From: Tubiluchus corallicola
Lineage: Eukaryota; Animalia; Priapulida
Direction of reading: 5' to 3'
NCBI GenBank assembly: GCA_030141605.1
Contig: JAQGDQ010000605.1
Span: forward strand, 15,368 to 79,367
DNA length: 64,000 nt
In this document: piece after piece, positions 37,401 to 49,803 of the stretch
Layout of the letters: each line of letters starts with the position of its first letter
Numbering within the stretch: the first letter of the stretch is position 1
Position numbers and translations under genes: made by a program
The notes under the pieces: generated by a model
Seen by the model: the letters and a program-made list of their open reading frames with translations, nothing else
Database searches by the model: none
Told to the model about the DNA's origin: nothing

Positions 37401-39346
37401 CAAATTATACTGCCAGTATGCAGAAGAAAATGGTTAATATTTTGCATTCAACATTATACCAAAGTACAATATCATTAATCTGGTAGGATATAGCAAAAAT
37501 ACAGTGTGTCTTGGCATAGATTATGATGTAGTGTAATTACATTAATTACAATAAGTATAGTTGGCCTCACAGGTATCATTTTTACATGACTAGATTTTCA
37601 CCAAAACTTCATGAAGTTTCTTTTTTATTAACATTAATCTGTAGACGCTGTGTTCCAAAAATGAGAATGCACTAACCCTTGTATTGCATGCAACAGTACG
37701 GGGAAAATATAGTTGAAGTATGATTGTGAAATCAAAGCTAAAGTTCAATTTGATTCATTTATAAAAAGAACCCAAGACAAAGTAACTGATCTCTCCCTCG
37801 AAAGGCATTCTCAATGGATCTCTCAATACAATTTGATTTCATAACCAACACAACATGCCTAGACATATACATAAGTTAGTTTTTGAAAATGAACGAAACA
37901 GTTACATGCGATAAGATTGCTACTCTTAAATGTGCGTAGCTTAGCAAAATCAATGTAGGCAACTGGCACATTATTACATGTTGTAGATGCTTGCTTTCCA
38001 CTCTACCGGATGGCACCACCAGATGCTTGCTTTTCACTCTACCAGATGGCACCACCAGACGTACAAATGTTTGCTCATGAGCACTCCGTCCTACGCTTGG
38101 CCTTCAATTGACTGACACCGCTGGTAAGCTGGTGTGGCCTTCAGGCAGTAACTTCAAATCACATACGCTTTAAGTAAGATGTCTGTACTGTGATCACCAT
38201 GTATATAACCAGAGGCATAGAATGATTACTGTAGCGTCTGCTGAGTACTCTGCTAGGGTTGTACTAATTCTGAAAAGTCTGCTGTTGCTAATTTGGTGCA
38301 CTTCACACATCCTTTTACCTGAAATAATAAATGAAGAAGCGGATATGAGCGACAAAAATGACAATATCACATCAAACATTTTTATGACTACTAGGCACAT
38401 AGATCCAAAGTACATGTCCCACTTGTGTCAAGATTTAAGCACACGTGTAATGCATTCTACTGTAGTACACAACATGCATGGCGTGACTACCATATCTAAC
38501 CGGAACTAGGTTTCGTGGCTTACACTGAGTAATTTGAACATTGACAACAGAATTTCCAGTAAGAGCAAGGTGGTATTAGACTCGACAACACACCGATCAT
38601 AATACGCTTGTCCTTACAGAGCTTGTTCTATAGCGCCTATGTATTTTACAAAGCCATTAGCGAATTAATTAAAGTACTGAGGTTTATTGTTTTATTATGT
38701 AATAATAATCAAAAGTATCGCAATAGTTATGTTTTATACCTAAGTTGCTCGCATTACACTGACAAGCCGTCTTCTGACAAATATCATAATTATGCGAAAA
38801 TTTTCAATTATATTTATATATTTTTATATCTTATTTATTTTATTTATGTACTATTAACTCTTTTTTTACGTTACAAAAGTCTTTACTTTGTTTCGAGTCT
38901 AAATTAAGGAGAATGATATCTAAGTACTGTTATGTTTGCACTTAACATTTACGCGCAAAAAACTACCAGCTTTCTAGCGGTCAAAATTCAAGACCCTACA
39001 CAAACATCTGACCAATTTAAGAGTTAATTTCTGATCAAATTTTCTGCGAAGTTGTAAAATTATCCAATATCGTAATGCGTATAAATAATGACTGTAATTT
39101 ACTAAACTAATTTTACGTTCACATATTACACCAGCAGCCTCGATCTCATTTCAAGCAATTGTTAATATCACTGGCTTTTATGTGACCACGTTAACTGAAG
39201 CAACAACGTTTAATGCTCTCTGTTTGCTATCAACGGATGGCGTCACGATTGTACACAACTAAATGTAATAAATTGCACAGTGGAAAAGTGTTTGCAGTAC
39301 CATAATGCAGTGTATGAATATGACATCATTGACATGATAAAATAAC

Positions 39347-39741
39347 TACAGCCAACCTCGCATATAAGGGACACCTCCGGACCGGAAAAAACCGTCCCTT
39401 ATTTCCAATGTTGAGTCAGAGCGAGGGTGTATCTAGACCTGTACTTTTACCCATATTTTTGTGGATTATTGCTACACATTCAGTGCAAACGGTATGTAGG
39501 AAGCTCCTTCAGTGATGCGAGATGTATGTGACCATGGAAACCGAGCTGTTCGAAGGCTGAGTTTGCGAAAAAGTGAGGTTAAAAATCGATCACTTTGATC
39601 TTATATGCGAGGTAATTTACCTGGGTTTCTATTACACGGGACCTGAAGATATCGTCCCTTATAACCGAAAGTCCCTTATATCAGAGTACCTTATATACGA
39701 AGATTTTATAAGGAAAAACGTTACGAAAAATCGGGACTGTA
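39347..39741. mobile_element. Tc1/pogo-like MITE remnant
   Basis: TA|CAG...CTG|TA ends, with ATAAGGGAC and GTCCCTTAT subterminal inverted motifs. Confidence 0.5.
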
Positions 39742-40750
39742 ATAATCTGTGGTAATTATATGAAACATTAATTTTGCAAACCAGAAACGTATAAGTGAAA
39801 ATATTTAATTATGCAAGACCAAACAAAATCGACAATCGTAATGAACCAAAACTCATTAAGCTATAAAGACATAATGCATTACGAATTTGCGTATTATTGA
39901 AGCTTATTAAATACACAAGATCACCCAACATGAACTTTTTGACAAACATTCTTGACCACATAACATTGTGGTAAATTAGGAGAGCATAAAGTGCTTAATC
40001 ATATCGGTTATGATCCGGAGTCACCTCGACCTACATACGATACAGTACAACCAGCTGGGCACATTCCTGCGGTGCGCCATCTAGCGGCCGCAACTAATAG
40101 CTGACTGCCTTATCTCTCTACAGCACGAGTTGATAACAGCTACGTTAGGAAGATTAAGCTAGTTACGAGATCGCAGAGGTGCGCCGAGCTACTGGATCAA
40201 TATCATAAGTAGAAACGACTACTCGGTTGAGAACTGTGAGACTGAATTAGCTCAATGTAGCGACATTATGAGCAATGATTCATCGATCGAACACGCACCT
40301 AATAATTAAACACACAGCCATGCACGACAACCCCTTAAAACTACTTATCCAACTGGGAAGGTTTGCATAATTAACGAATCGGCAATTAACGTGCTATTTG
40401 GCCGTAGTTTACTTTTAGCGCGTACCCAATGTCACCCTTCGGTATAGAAACAGCTTACAAGATTAAGCAACACTCAATCTGGCGGATAGTTGGCTGATTG
40501 ACACACTGCAAAGCGAACAGGGCCGACACTTTTTGTAACTCCACAAGAGATGCTGAATTAAAAAGAATTACTAAGGAAGAACAAATGCAGACAAGGATTG
40601 TGAATCGTTCGTGTTAGCTCAAATCATTCAAAGAATTTTCATTATGAACAAAACTAGTTTACAGGAGCGCATATTTAATGCACTTTTCTCAACATTATTG
40701 TTCATTCTTCTTGAATAGCGTACTCGTTACATCCCGCGACGTTATGTCGT

Positions 40751-41299
40751 TTAAAGGAAAACCGGATGATTGTGTAAACATTAGTTCAGAATAAAGAATG
40801 CTCTAAAATATTGAAAACTACAATAGCTTTTTGTAAAGCTTAGATTAAACAATAATTACCTCGGATACTCAAATTTCGTTAAACTTTCAAAGCTACGCGC
40901 GGCTCAATAAATGTACTAAGATTGACAACGGCGCCTTTTTGTCACATTCGCGTGGCTGACAAATAGAAGGCGGTACCGTGATAACCATGATCGTGAACTG
41001 CTGTGTTAGTTTCTGACGTCATATGATGTAAAGCCCATTTTTCGTGTCAGCATGTGTTTAAGCAGTACTGTAACACTTATGCAAATGTGCTTGACGCGCA
41101 AGAGAAGACGCCTGCCATTGCACAAAATGTGGTTAGTTTCTGACGTAAGCAATAGCTGTGTTCGGTTGCCGGTTAACTTTCTAAGCTAATTATTCAAATA
41201 TAAGGAACAATTGTGAACTTTTATAGGCAAGAAAATGTATATTTTGGACAGTAAATTAAAATGGGATTGAGTATAAACAATTGTCCGGTCTTCCTTTAA
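40751..41299 (+). mobile_element. Family B element, full length
   Basis: TTAAAGGAAAACCGGATGATTGTGTAAAC...GTCCGGTCTTCCTTTAA. Confidence 0.9.
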
Positions 41300-41740
41300 G
41301 GTGAAGAAATATCACTTTAAAAGTATGCTCCAAAAACTTTTCACCCGAAGTTCTATTATTTAATATCACGCTTACCTGCTTGAAAGACATATGTAGCTAG
41401 AAAAGAAATTCTTAGTAGTTTAAGATCTTCGTGCCAACTAGGAAAATGTCACTGACACACCTTCCCAGTGTGCACCACTGACTCACCAAAAAGAGAAGAT
41501 ACGGTAATTTATACTTTTGTTTAATTAAAATTTACAAGTTTGTTCAAGTGAAACACGTGCTACGAATGCTTTGATTATTTTATAAACTTTACACAATGTT
41601 ATCTAAATTTGCTTCAAACGACCTATCGTTAAAAGGGCTACGTCTAACAGCCATCAATGTGTGCAATATGGTAGCAGATACAAAATTTCCAGACGATTTT
41701 TGTCAACTTTATGTAAGCAAAGGGTTTTCTTGTGGCTTAA
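41296..41740 (+). mobile_element. Older, diverged family C-related element abutting family B at a shared TTAA
   Basis: Shares CGCTTACCTGCT, CTAGAAAAGAAA, ATGTTATCTAAA, CGTCTAAC and the end GGGTTTTCTTGTG with 28243-28932. Confidence 0.7.
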
Positions 41741-41770
41741 ATCTACCTTTTTATACATGTATCAAATCAC

Positions 41771-42435
41771 TTAAAGCACAAGAAAACCCTTCATAAACAT
41801 AAAGCTTGAAAAATTCGTTTTGAAATTTTATATCGCTTACATAAACGGCAGTCACGCTGTATAAAACACGTAAATTTAAACTCCCGCGATGACCGTTAGA
41901 CGCAGCCATTTTCACGACAGGTCATTTGAAACAAGTTTAGATAACATTTTGTAAAGTTTGAAAAAATAATGAGAGCATTCGTAGCGCATAAGTCACTAAC
42001 CAAATAAAATTTAAAATTACTGTATCTTGTCAATAAGATTAAAAATACGTTTTTTGTTAGTGAGTAGTGCACCCTGTAGGGTGAGTCAGCGACATTTTAC
42101 CAATTGGTGAAAACATTTTAAATAATTAATAATTTTCTTTTCTAGTTACATAAATCTCTCTAGTAGGTAAGCGAAAAACTAAGTAATATAGATTTGCACG
42201 GAAAGTCTTTTGAGATATAATTTAACATTGCCTTTCCTTCGCTTGATTTACATTTGGTACATGACGTCATGTAATGGCGACTTCGGAACAGTATTGCGGG
42301 AGATATAAAATGAAAACAAACTAAAATTACTTTCAGTGCGAGTAAGATATATGCATAAAATTGCTATAAAGTAATATAATTTTTTAAGGCGATTTTTCTG
42401 AAACCTACTTCAGGTACCCCTTTTCTTGTCCTTAA
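41771..42435 (-). mobile_element. Family C element (inverted copy)
   Basis: Reverse complement of 28243-28932 apart from a deletion of about 25 bp. Confidence 0.9.
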
Positions 42436-43254
42436 AGGCTCAACTCAGGATGCAGCTGACCTGTGTGGCTTCAACTACGGTTTGTGGGCTTCACCCGAAC
42501 AACCGCATAGTTTATACGAACAATCCAATATATTACAATTTAATCTACATACTCGCACTGACTTAAAAAGTGTGGGACAAACCAAAGCTGAACCTCCGGA
42601 ATTTCCTCTTTTCCATTACAACTATCACAACCGCACAAAACCCTCGAACACGTACTGCACGCATGCACAAAATTTGGTCATTTTCGAAACGGAGACGGTT
42701 AAATTTGGTTTTAGCTATGCTACGTATTTTCAAATTCCACATTCATGACGACTGTAAAGGTTCAATCTTCTTAGAATGTAAAATGCAAAGGGCGCAATGT
42801 TGCATTGGCATTCTGCACTTTGCCTGCTTGCACTTTCTGTAGCATCTTGAAAATGTCGTATCTATTTTTGTAACAGAAAGTAAGTGATGGAAACGTATCA
42901 CTTGCAATGCACTGGACTTTTTTTACGATTTCGGGAAACCAAAATAATATTTGAAAGTTTAGTGATCACGCCAGGTGCATTTACGTGTTGACACTTGAGT
43001 TTTATTCTAGAAGCAGTGTAATTAACGAGCACGTATCAGAAGCTTTCAGCATTCACGTCTTGTAACATTTGACATTATGGTTACTGTAAATGTTAGCTAA
43101 TAAAGTTTAAAACTGAACTTCAGCAGTGCAATTCTTAGTTCCCAATTTCCACGACATTATCGAAAACATTCACTTTCGTCATGTAGTAACCATTCATTTT
43201 AAATCAATTTTTTGCAAATTAAAAAACCGGTTAGAACTAATAAATCGATTTTTG

Positions 43255-43350
43255 GGCGAGTGTTATAGCCGAGTGGTTAGCGTGCGTATGTGGTAGTGAC
43301 CAAAATTAAGCAACCCGAGCTGATTAGTGTTTGGACGCCTGACCAAGTTG
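43255..43350 (+). mobile_element. SINE head, tRNA A box plus 5S-like segment
   Basis: TAGCCGAGTGGTTAGCG (A box), then ACCAAAATTAAGCAACCCGAGCTGATTAGTGTTTGGACG. Confidence 0.6.
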
Positions 43351-43354
43351 AATG

Positions 43355-43868
43355 CTCGTCTGGGCGGTTACAAACGCTAGACTACCCTGTGAATAAACCC
43401 TCCAAACATGGCGCAGTTTGGACAACTCTACGGATCCATGTAGCGTCTCGTCTGGGCGGTTACAGACGCTAGACTACCCTGTGAATAAACCCTCCAAACA
43501 TGGCGCAGTTTGGACAACTCTACGGATCCATGTAGTGTCTCGTCTGGGCGGTTACAGACGCTAGACTACCCTGTGAATAAACCCTCCAAACATGGCGCAG
43601 TTTGAACAACTCTACGGATCCATGTAGTGTCTCGTCTGGGCGGTTACAGACGCTAGACTACCCTGTGAATAAACCCTCCAAACATGGCGCAGTTCGAACA
43701 ACTCTACGGATCCATGTAGTGTCTCGTCTGGGTGGTTACAGACGCTAGACTACCCTGTGAATAAACCCTCCAAACATGGCGCAGTTTGGACAACTCTACG
43801 GATCCATGTAGTGTCTCGTCTGGGTGGTTACAGACGCTAGACTACCCAGTGAATAAACCCTCCAAACA
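43355..43868. repeat. 92-bp minisatellite, about 5.6 units, directly after the SINE head
   Basis: Units start at 43355, 43447, 43539, 43631, 43723 and 43815. Confidence 0.97.
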
Positions 43869-44651
43869 GTTCTCCAGTTATCACAAGTGCTGGGATGTAA
43901 AACTGAAAATGCCAGGACAACGTGACACATATAGGTTGATAATAAAAAAGGCATACAACTATGCAACGACTATTAGTATTGCTAGGAGGCAGTGTGATAA
44001 AAATAACTTCAACAGCTCGTTTACTTTCACTAATCGTGATGGAAGAGCACGTTGGCAAAATGCCAAGAAAGAAACTGGTACATCCTAAGGCAAATGAAAT
44101 GTTGAGCTAATAACAAAGAAATCTTTGACGATAACCATACGTAAGCAAAGCATAATATGAATGCTATACTTGACTTGAATGGAAACTACTTATTATGATT
44201 CTATATCTGCAGCGAAGAGGAAAAATGGAAAAACGGTTCTAAATAATATAAAGAAATTAATTAAATACTTTTGCTATCAATACAGCAAGCCAAAATAAAC
44301 AAATTTTTATATTACTTGAAAAATTTTAACTACAGGTAAGTCCAGAAAAAATTACTTGGAAATTCTTTAATAATAATGTAGCAAAATTACAAGTCAAAAA
44401 GGCATCAAAATTTAACAGAACAAGAATGATATATATATTTATATATATAAATGTAGTGGTAAGTTTTATGTTTCATTTTTACTAAACTTTTTAAAATGTG
44501 TTTAAAATTGTATTTTTACAACACAGAAAGGGAAATTTTTCCAAAATTTACCGTTTTAAATGAAAACGAAACTTTTCTATATTACTACTAAGCGTCTTGT
44601 ATAGCATCCAAGCATTCAACGCTACAAATGACTATCTAGTACTAAAACAGT

Positions 44652-44990
44652 CAGCATTTCATTGTAGTGTATAATAGGTGTATACAATGTACTTCATGTT
44701 TTATATTGAATTGAGTGAATTTAGGCAAAAAATGTAATACTGTACTGTAGAACAGTGCTACTAACTAATGTTCTGTTTTGTATTCAGTGTCACAAATGAA
44801 CTTACAGAACATGTACTGCAATACACAGCACTTCACTGTAGTGTATAATAGGTGTATACAGTAAACTTCAAGCTTAATATTGAATTCAGTGAGTTTAGGC
44901 AAAAGTGTAATACAGTACTATGTTCTGTATTGTATTTAGTGCACAATGAACTTATATAGTACATGTAGTGCACAATACACAGCACTTGTC
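44652..44990. repeat. Diverged tandem duplication, period about 175 bp
   Basis: TGTAGTGTATAATAGGTGTATACA...TTTAGGCAAAA occurs twice. Confidence 0.8.
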
Positions 44991-45237
44991 TGTAATGCAC
45001 TGAACTTCTTGTATTATACTCAGTGTTACAAATATAAGTATGCTACCCTACATGGACACGTGTTATGTCAAGAATGTTTAACCTTGAGTACACCTTGACG
45101 ATCAACCTAATCAGGTCAATATTTAGCGAGGTCTACTTAACCAAACACACAGGTCCCGGTAACATCACAGAAGGGCATACCCTGTTTCCAGGCATATGAA
45201 GGTCACATGACAAGGAGAAAACCAAATGCAACTCTCG

Positions 45238-45840
45238 TCAATGGAAAACAGGGTGACTTTTCATATCCAACCCTTTTTCAAGTACGGCAAAAAGTATTAT
45301 TTCATGACCTATAGTAATGCCAAAACGTTTTTGGTGATAAAATAAAAGGTCAAAAACTTAACGGGCGAGCCCAGCTAGTGATGATGTCACAAATGAACAC
45401 AATTTTCAACAATACAAAATCCCACGAGCATATTGCACGTGTTTATAAAAGCGAAAATTGAAGTACAGTGTTGCTACAAACTCGGCAAATTTTACGCTTA
45501 GAATTAAAATTTCAAGTTTACGCTATGCTCATGCACGAGCTCTCGAACGTGTACACTACGTCACAAATTAACAACTCTGAACTGAGACGCACAGCATCTG
45601 CTTTTGCCAAAGGTGTTACCGAGATGCAGCCGCTAGATCACCGCTAATGTCATCTAATCAGCGAATTGTGAAATGCAAGTAACAACGAAGAACTTGCCCC
45701 AAGAAACGTGTTTATTACCATTCCGCCAGTAATACTTATTTCACAGATGTCATTCTTGAAAAATAGCACGTGTCCTTTTTCATTTTATAGAGTAGAATGT
45801 TTTCAACTACAATTTAAGATCGGGTCCGGTTTTCCTTTAA
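45238..45840 (+). mobile_element. Diverged family A element
   Basis: Shares AAAGCGAAAATTGAAGTACAGTG and ends TTTAAGATCGGGTCCGGTTTTCCTTTAA. Confidence 0.75.
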
Positions 45841-47936
45841 CAAAAGTAGATTTCGCCCGGTTTCGATTTGTACTTTTTTCACAAAACCTGAATGCGTTTT
45901 CTCATAATTTCTCCAGTTTAAACAGAGTTCAGCTGGTGATGTGCATTCTGAAGTACTTGTATATGAGAAAGATGTTGCAAGTGCCATTTGTGTAAAGCTT
46001 AGGGTGCTAGAGAGATATCTAATATTATGTAGATAGATTTTACATTGTTTACCGCACCAAAAATATTGTTACAGACGCCATACAGTATTTTAATTTTTGT
46101 TTTTTTATAAATTTTTATTGCACGTGTGATTTTTTTAATGAAAAATCTAAAAGAAAGTTCAATCAATCATATCATATTAAAGTATGATGTTTTGACCCTT
46201 GGTAATTTTGTTGCCCTTTCAAGGATACGAGATCATATAACATTCACAAGGATGTGTAAGATTGACAAGCACGAAGTCAGCAAAATTCCACGCGCAGGTC
46301 AAGCAGCGGTCAATCTAGTCGGACCGGTTGCAAGATCTTGAGTTGGCGGTGGTACAAGCGAAATAGGAAATTTCCCAGAAACAGCAAGTGATTATCCCGA
46401 ACAGGAACCAGACAAAGAAAGTTAGAACGAGCGAATCGTCACGCTCTCTAATAATATGAATTTCAGTTATTGAGATTCATTCATCCAAGGACAAAAAATG
46501 AATGATTTAAAAAACGCGTCGGACACTATTATATGGGGCAAATCAAATTTGTTTAATCCTACCACACTGACCTTGAACGTTTGAACCTGAACGTGAACCG
46601 CCCACCACCTGTAACCGTTCATACAGTAATCTAAGCAGTTGTCCTAGATTCAAGAAAACTAATTTATCTTGGCTTGTTGTAAACTTACACGTAATAAAAC
46701 TTGTTTAAAATAAAAGATACAAAAACATTTTGTACCCAAAAAATATACTTTTGGGAATATAAACCGATTTAACCAAACCTCACACCCTAACGTGACTATA
46801 GTAATGTAAGCATATAAGAAATCTAAGATTCGTTGTGTACTAAACTTTGTAAAATAACTTAACATAATATAATTGTAATATTTAACCACTATAAGTACCG
46901 TTTACTATTATTATTATTACTGTGTTTTATTATATATTGTGTTGACGAATATAGCCCGTGTGCGGGGTTTTGTCTGTGTAGTTTTCTTTTCTTCATTGTA
47001 ATGTACTGCACTGTTTATGTAATGTTTCGTAACTTGTAATTGCAATTGTAATATTGTACCAATCTATCGCAAGTCTAACCAGAATCCCAGAGAAAACGTA
47101 AAAAACTACCGAGTAAAAAAATAGATTTAAATTAATAAGTCTTTCATCAGTTTTCCACGTAGGTAGATGTAAAATTTTATACTAAAGATATTAGAACTCA
47201 AATATATTTTTTCCGCTTTTCACAAAACTGGAAAAATTTCACCGGGGGGGCGCACTCTAATCTTTTTACAAGAGAAAAACTAAAACTGATTGGGTTAAAA
47301 ATGTAAATAATTCGAAAAAAACTAATTTATTTATCTGTGCTTAATATTCTTATGAGCTACTGTGTTAACATTCTGTTTATTCATTAAAAATTTGCACTGC
47401 AAAGCAGTCAGCCAGTACTTGCTCTACGTTCTGTACTTAATATTCTGTTTATTCATTAAAAATTTGCACTGCACAGCAGTCTGCCAGTACTTGCACTACG
47501 TTTTCATTAACCTCAGATCACAGCGATTACAGTTCCAGAGTCCACGAGGAACGCAATAATTTGACCACACTACACTGTTTACAATGCTTCAGGTGTAAGA
47601 TAAGTGCAAACGAAGGTGAAGCTAGAACGTCAGAATTAACGTACAAGATTAATGGTATCGTAAATCAAGGGCGGGGTTTGCACTTTACACATCATTACTA
47701 CTACTACTATGAAGAAAATTCATATAAACTCCAGCAAATACGAACACGTTGAAATTCAGAAACTCAGCAACAGTCCTGAAAATAAGAACAAGCTCTATTC
47801 TCATCTTCTGTCGCCTCTCTAGCTAGAATTCGAACCTATTTATAACATTTGTAGTACACTAACCAGCCAATCTTTTGCTTAGAGTTTTCACATTCAGTTT
47901 AGCTTTAAATAAATATATATATATATATATATATAT

Positions 47937-48065
47937 AAATGTAATTTTTAGTAACATTTTTGATGTTCAAAATTCTTATAAGACAAATAAAGATTATATA
48001 TATGTAATCTTTATTTGTCTTATAAAAATTTTGAACATCAGAAATGCTACTAAAATATTACATTT
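47937..48065. repeat. Near-perfect palindrome with arms of about 60 bp
   Basis: ATGTAATTTTTAGTAACATTTTTGATGTTCAAAATTCTTATAAGACAAATAAAGATTA pairs with TAATCTTTATTTGTCTTATAAAAATTTTGAACATCAGAAATGCTACTAAAATATTACAT. Confidence 0.93.
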
Positions 48066-48315
48066 GCATATGACATTCATAAGTGCATTAGAGTTAGACT
48101 ACATCATCAGAGTTAAACTACAAACACAGTGAACACTGACATTTGCAACTTACAGATACTAAATAAATCATTTTATACTTACAATATATATACACATTTA
48201 CATTAAAACATTTTGATTTTTCAAGATTATGGATGGGGAAAATGTAATCAATATATGTAAATATGTAATCTGTATATAAATACTGTCGTTTTGGTATACG
48301 GATATTCAAATGTAG

Positions 48316-48530
48316 TTAAAACATATTTTTGAATTTTGTTTTAAAGTTAGATAAAGTTGTTGAATCTTTAACTTCTTTCGGTAAAGTATTCCATAATGAG
48401 ATAGCTTGCTTTGATAAAGAATCATTGCCATTTTTGTTGTTAGTTCTAATTTGCAATAGATTACCAGTACAAGAGTTTAGTGTTGGATCTCGAAGTTGCA
48501 ATTCATTATTCCTGAAAGGTATATTTATTT
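48316..48530 (-). mobile_element. LINE ORF2 C-terminal remnant next to a (CA)n tract
   Basis: Translation SLSKQAISLWNTLPKEVKDSTTLSNFKTKFK. Confidence 0.7.
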
Positions 48531-48849
48531 TATTTACACACACACGCGCGCACGCGCACGCACACGCACACACACACACATATATAGATTAATGTTTGGT
48601 AGTCGTGGTGGGCTTCTAATATTGGAATTTTCAGTTGTAGCCTTAACGCAGTTGTGTTGTTGTTGTGTTGTGAAAACAAAAACAATTTTTGTTGTGAAAA
48701 TTACTTGTGGCCCTTCAGGCTTGTAAGCAACTGTTTTTAACTGCCTATTAAGTAATCTATCAAAAACTGTTCAGTAGATGATACATCAATCTGAGATTTA
48801 TCACATAGTCTAGGTCATGTAGTTATTAGATGTTTCGTGGCTATCTTCT

Positions 48850-49406
48850 TTAAAAGAAAACCAGATGATTGTGTAAACACGAGTTCAGAATAAAGAATGC
48901 TCTAAAATATTGAAAACTACAATAGCTTTGTTTAAATCAAGGCTTAGATTAAATAATAATTACCTCGGATACTCAAATTTCGTTAAACTTTCAAAGCTAC
49001 GCGCGGCTCAGTGAATCTACTAAGATTGGCAGCAGCGCCTTTTTGTCACATTCACGTGGCCGACAAATAGAAGGCAGTACCATGATAGCCATGATCATGA
49101 ACTGCAGTGTTAGTTTCTGACGTCATATGACATAGAGCCCATTTTTCATGACATCATGCATTTAAACAGTAGTGTAACACTTATGCAAATGTGCTTGACG
49201 CGCAAGGGAAGACGCCTGCCATTGCACAAACTGTGGTTAGTTTCTAACGTAAGCAATAGCTGTGTTTGGTTGCCGTTAATTAACTTTCTAAGCTAATTAT
49301 TCAAATATAAGTAACAACTGTTAACTTTTATAGGCAAGAAAATGTATATTTTATACAGTAAATTAAAATGAGATTGAGTATAAACAATCGTCCGGTCTTC
49401 CTTTAA
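48850..49406 (+). mobile_element. Family B element, full length
   Basis: TTAA-flanked, with the same body as 33936 and 40751. Confidence 0.9.
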
Positions 49407-49803
49407 TAAAAATCATGAATTTTTAAGTATGAGTAGCAGTTCGTGAAGCCATACGCTACTTACTACACAGATTTTAACATTTGTTAAATGGAATAACCAT
49501 TGATATTTAACTGCACATAAGCTTACAATGGGTGATTATTATTTGATTTATTTCATAGGAAACAAAAGAAATGGCTTATGGGTGAACTCAAAACTTCTTA
49601 TTAGAGTAGAATTGATAGGTACCTCTAAAACTGTAAATTCTCTACATTTATATAATATAAAATATCCAAACACAATATCCAACAAATATCCAAAATATCC
49701 AAACACATCTAAACACATTATGTTATGTAAATGTGAATAAATTTGACAGTTACTTGAATAATTTGATAAATATTAAATTTAACAAATGTAAGAAATTACC
49801 TTT

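Noticed and set aside
37985-38060. 36-bp two-copy duplication (also a 72-bp pair at about 47371-47505)
   Set aside because: Simple local duplications with no functional signal.
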